Assembly: GCA_039679545.1 (NCBI GenBank)
Contig: JBDKUT010000150.1
Coordinates: 1-28,450 of the forward strand
Length of the DNA: 28,450 nucleotides
DNA from: Thermotogota bacterium
GTDB taxonomy: Bacteria > Bipolaricaulota > Bipolaricaulia > UBA7950 > UBA9294
Direction: 5' to 3'
Numbering within the stretch: the stretch's first letter is position 1; every line of letters starts with the position of its first letter. The notes below the pieces were generated by a model. It did not search any database. It was not told where the DNA came from and saw only the letters and a list, made by a program, of their open reading frames with translations. Of this stretch, positions 26,431 to 28,450 are shown one piece after another. Made by a program: the position numbers and the translations under genes.

Positions 26431-27354
26431 TGGGGTCAGGTCTTCACTTTCCGATCGCGTTCTGACGAGAGACTCGTACTGCAATGGTGCTGATTGTGGA
26501 TGGTCGCAAACCGATGAAGTCTGCAACCTCCCGCAGCGTGTACTCGTGGATGCGCGTGGCCGCATGGATCTGACGGTCTCGTGCCTCCTTGTCGCACACA
26601 GCTGCAAACAGCTCTGTCAGGCTCGGGCGAGCGGCAAGTCGCTCTCGTCTCGGAAGCTCTCGCGTTGTCTGGTAGTCCAAGAGCAACGGCTTGAGCTCTC
26701 CGACGAACTCCTCGCTGCCCAAGAGAACGCCGCCGTGCAACTCAGTCCATACGTCAACCCCTCGACCTTGCTTGACGAACTGACGGTACTGCGCCGACGC
26801 CCTACGACGATCACACTGGAGCTGCTCGAGAATCCAGCCGACAGTTAGGAAGTGTGGTACCTCTGCTAGACCCGCCGTTGCACGGTAGCTTGACCATGGC
26901 CAGTCCTTCGCCGAGCGGACCATCCGCGCACGCACAGGGTTCAAGACGACGTACCGTGCCAGCTCGAGCAGGTGGCTCTCCTTCTCAACCACGATCGCCT
27001 TGAACCGTCCCTGAAGGACATGCCCCGAGCGCATGTGCCGGCGATTGAACGCCTGCGTGTACACCCCGTTGAGGTGCCGCATCCCACGCGACAGATTCGC
27101 TTCGGGCGTCTCGATCAGCAGGTGGTAGTGATTCGACATCAAACAGTAGGCGTGGCAGAGCCAGCCGAAGCGCTCGACGGTGGCGCCAAGAACGCTGAGG
27201 AACAGCTCGCGGTCCGGGTCGACAAGGTAGATGTCTTGTCGAGCGTTGCCGCGGCTTGTGATGTGGTAGACAGCGCCTTCGTACTCCAGACGGAGAGGTC
27301 GTGCCATGGCGCCAGTCTACTCAGTTCGTGTCGGAAAGTGAAGATCTGACCCCA
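26431..27354. mobile_element. RAYT element bounded by 24-bp terminal inverted repeats (TIRtron-like)
   Basis: TGGGGTCAGGTCTTCACTTTCCGA (26431-26454) versus the reverse complement of 27331-27354, TGGGGTCAGATCTTCACTTTCCGA (23/24 identical). Confidence 0.85.
26444..27307 (-). CDS. REP-associated tyrosine transposase (RAYT, Y1 HUH) with C-terminal HTH (287 aa)
   Basis: MARPLR, YHITSRGN, YCLMSNHYHLL (HUH), QGRFKA, RYVVLNPVRA, WPWSSY; HTH YTLREVADFIGLRPSTIS. Confidence 0.93.
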   Translation of the reverse strand: MARPLRLEYEGAVYHITSRGNARQDIYLVDPDRELFLSVLGATVERFGWLCHAYCLMSNHYHLLIETPEANLSRGMRHLNGVYTQAFNRRHMRSGHVLQGRFKAIVVEKESHLLELARYVVLNPVRARMVRSAKDWPWSSYRATAGLAEVPHFLTVGWILEQLQCDRRRASAQYRQFVKQGRGVDVWTELHGGVLLGSEEFVGELKPLLLDYQTTRELPRRERLAARPSLTELFAAVCDKEARDRQIHAATRIHEYTLREVADFIGLRPSTISTIAVRVSRQNAIGK

Positions 27355-27397
27355 CCGCCCTGACCCTCGCGCCCCATCGCCTGACCCCATCGCCCCG
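27346..27397. repeat. Three CTGACCC(C/T) direct repeats at and beyond the right TIR
   Basis: CTGACCCC at 27346, CTGACCCT at 27360, CTGACCCC at 27381, with repeated CCCCATCGC. Confidence 0.8.
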
Positions 27398-27475
27398 CTC
27401 TAGGGGGGCTGGTTCTTCCCGGACATCTCTCCAGATAGTGCACACGGCAAGCATCTTGAGTACTCTAGGAAATGG

Positions 27476-28321
27476 ATGAAGCAGTATAGGTGCAGACTCG
27501 CTACGACACACGTAGATCTCGACGGGGACCGACTTGCATTGTCTGGTCTGGAAGCAATGGTGCGCCAGATAGATGCGCAGCACATTCCAGTTGGAGTGGA
27601 GCACGATCCCCGTATCCCCCCGGCAGGCCGGATTGCATCTGCCGAGCTTGTCGAACTCACGGATGGGGACTACGCGGTTGATGGCGTGATCGAAGTGTTC
27701 GAAGCGGGGGACAGACCGGCGTTGGAGACTGCGAAAGGGTGCATGCCCTTGCAGCTGACCCCGTCAGGGAAGTTCGCGGTGCTGTTTGATCGCGGGTTTC
27801 GTGACGAGGAGAGCAGGGCCCTGGTCGATGCCGTGGGCACAGCTCTTGGGGTACAGCCAAGACCCTACATCAAGAAGTCCTTGGACCCCATCAGCGTCCT
27901 CACCATTGGCGTAGGGTTCGCTCTCGGAGCTGTTGCCACAGGCTTCCTTCGCCAGCTCGGCGAGGATTCATATGCGACTCTCAAAGGCAGACTAGCAGAG
28001 CTCTTCGCTCGTCAGACCGGCAGACGAGAGGGCACGTCGATCCTGTCGTTGGACGTGACGGTGGAGAAGGATGGGAAGCGCATGGTCATTCAGGTGCTGG
28101 CCGAGAATCCTGGCAAGGGTGAGATTGACGCGCTCCTGGGTGATGGGTTGGCGCAGGTTGACGCAATCAGTGAACGTTTCTTCGCGACCGCAGAAGACGT
28201 CCCGAAACTCGTCTGCCGGCTCCAGGATGGGCGTGTCACGCCAACTTTCGGCGTTAGAAGAGACTGCGTCCCCCTCAGCCCTGCAGACAACCCTTCCGAG
28301 GAAGGCACGCCGCCGGAGTGA
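27476..28321 (+). CDS. Hypothetical protein; N-terminus resembles phage prohead protease domains (281 aa)
   Basis: TTHVDLDGDRL and IPVGVEHDPRIPPAGRI; central hydrophobic helix; AGGA RBS. Confidence 0.7.
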   Translation: MKQYRCRLATTHVDLDGDRLALSGLEAMVRQIDAQHIPVGVEHDPRIPPAGRIASAELVELTDGDYAVDGVIEVFEAGDRPALETAKGCMPLQLTPSGKFAVLFDRGFRDEESRALVDAVGTALGVQPRPYIKKSLDPISVLTIGVGFALGAVATGFLRQLGEDSYATLKGRLAELFARQTGRREGTSILSLDVTVEKDGKRMVIQVLAENPGKGEIDALLGDGLAQVDAISERFFATAEDVPKLVCRLQDGRVTPTFGVRRDCVPLSPADNPSEEGTPPE

Positions 28322-28333
28322 GTCGACTGCCCC

Positions 28334-28450
28334 ATGACGCAAAGGACTGCTGGTGGCAACGTGTCGGCGGAGGCTTCTGGCTACCTGTGGGCCGCAGATG
28401 AGTTCCTCGTTGCCTTGGCCCAGGTGTCGGGGTCTATGCTGGCATCGATC
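28334..28450 (+). CDS. Possible 5' end of a CDS running off the window (MTQRTAGG...)
   Basis: ATG 12 nt after the previous stop; 39 open codons to the edge. Confidence 0.4.
   Translation, partial: MTQRTAGGNVSAEASGYLWAADEFLVALAQVSGSMLASI

Noticed and set aside
26444..27307. IS200/IS605 element with tnpB or omega-RNA
   Set aside because: RAYT-type motifs and length; no tnpB and no subterminal hairpins seen

Overview
A GC-rich bacterial accessory region with about 30 genes in mixed orientation; I found no rRNA, tRNA or CRISPR array. The left two-thirds (1-19.9 kb) carry regulatory and metabolic genes: a TIGR04076-like protein, a 7TM-PAS-GAF-GGDEF diguanylate cyclase, an ACT protein, an XRE regulator with a membrane partner, a frameshifted serine hydrolase pseudogene, a secreted amidohydrolase, a YcaQ/AlkZ-like glycosylase, a SagB-type oxidoreductase, a creatininase, a radical SAM/SPASM enzyme, a tandem GNAT, a wHTH-ABC exporter operon and an EFR1-type ferredoxin. 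The right third looks less GC-rich by eye and more horizontally acquired. Its main features are: (i) an overlapping HNH nuclease / GNAT-PUA(EVE-like) / ASCH operon, the best candidate for an undescribed acetylation-based defence system, with an unannotated 51-aa Cys-rich microprotein converging on it; (ii) a SnoaL-like protein with a PDZ domain inserted in the fold; (iii) a RAYT tyrosine transposase between 24-bp GGGGTCAG inverted repeats that supply its stop codon and its putative -35 element; (iv) a prohead-protease-like orphan. All family assignments come from reading motifs by eye, not from database searches.
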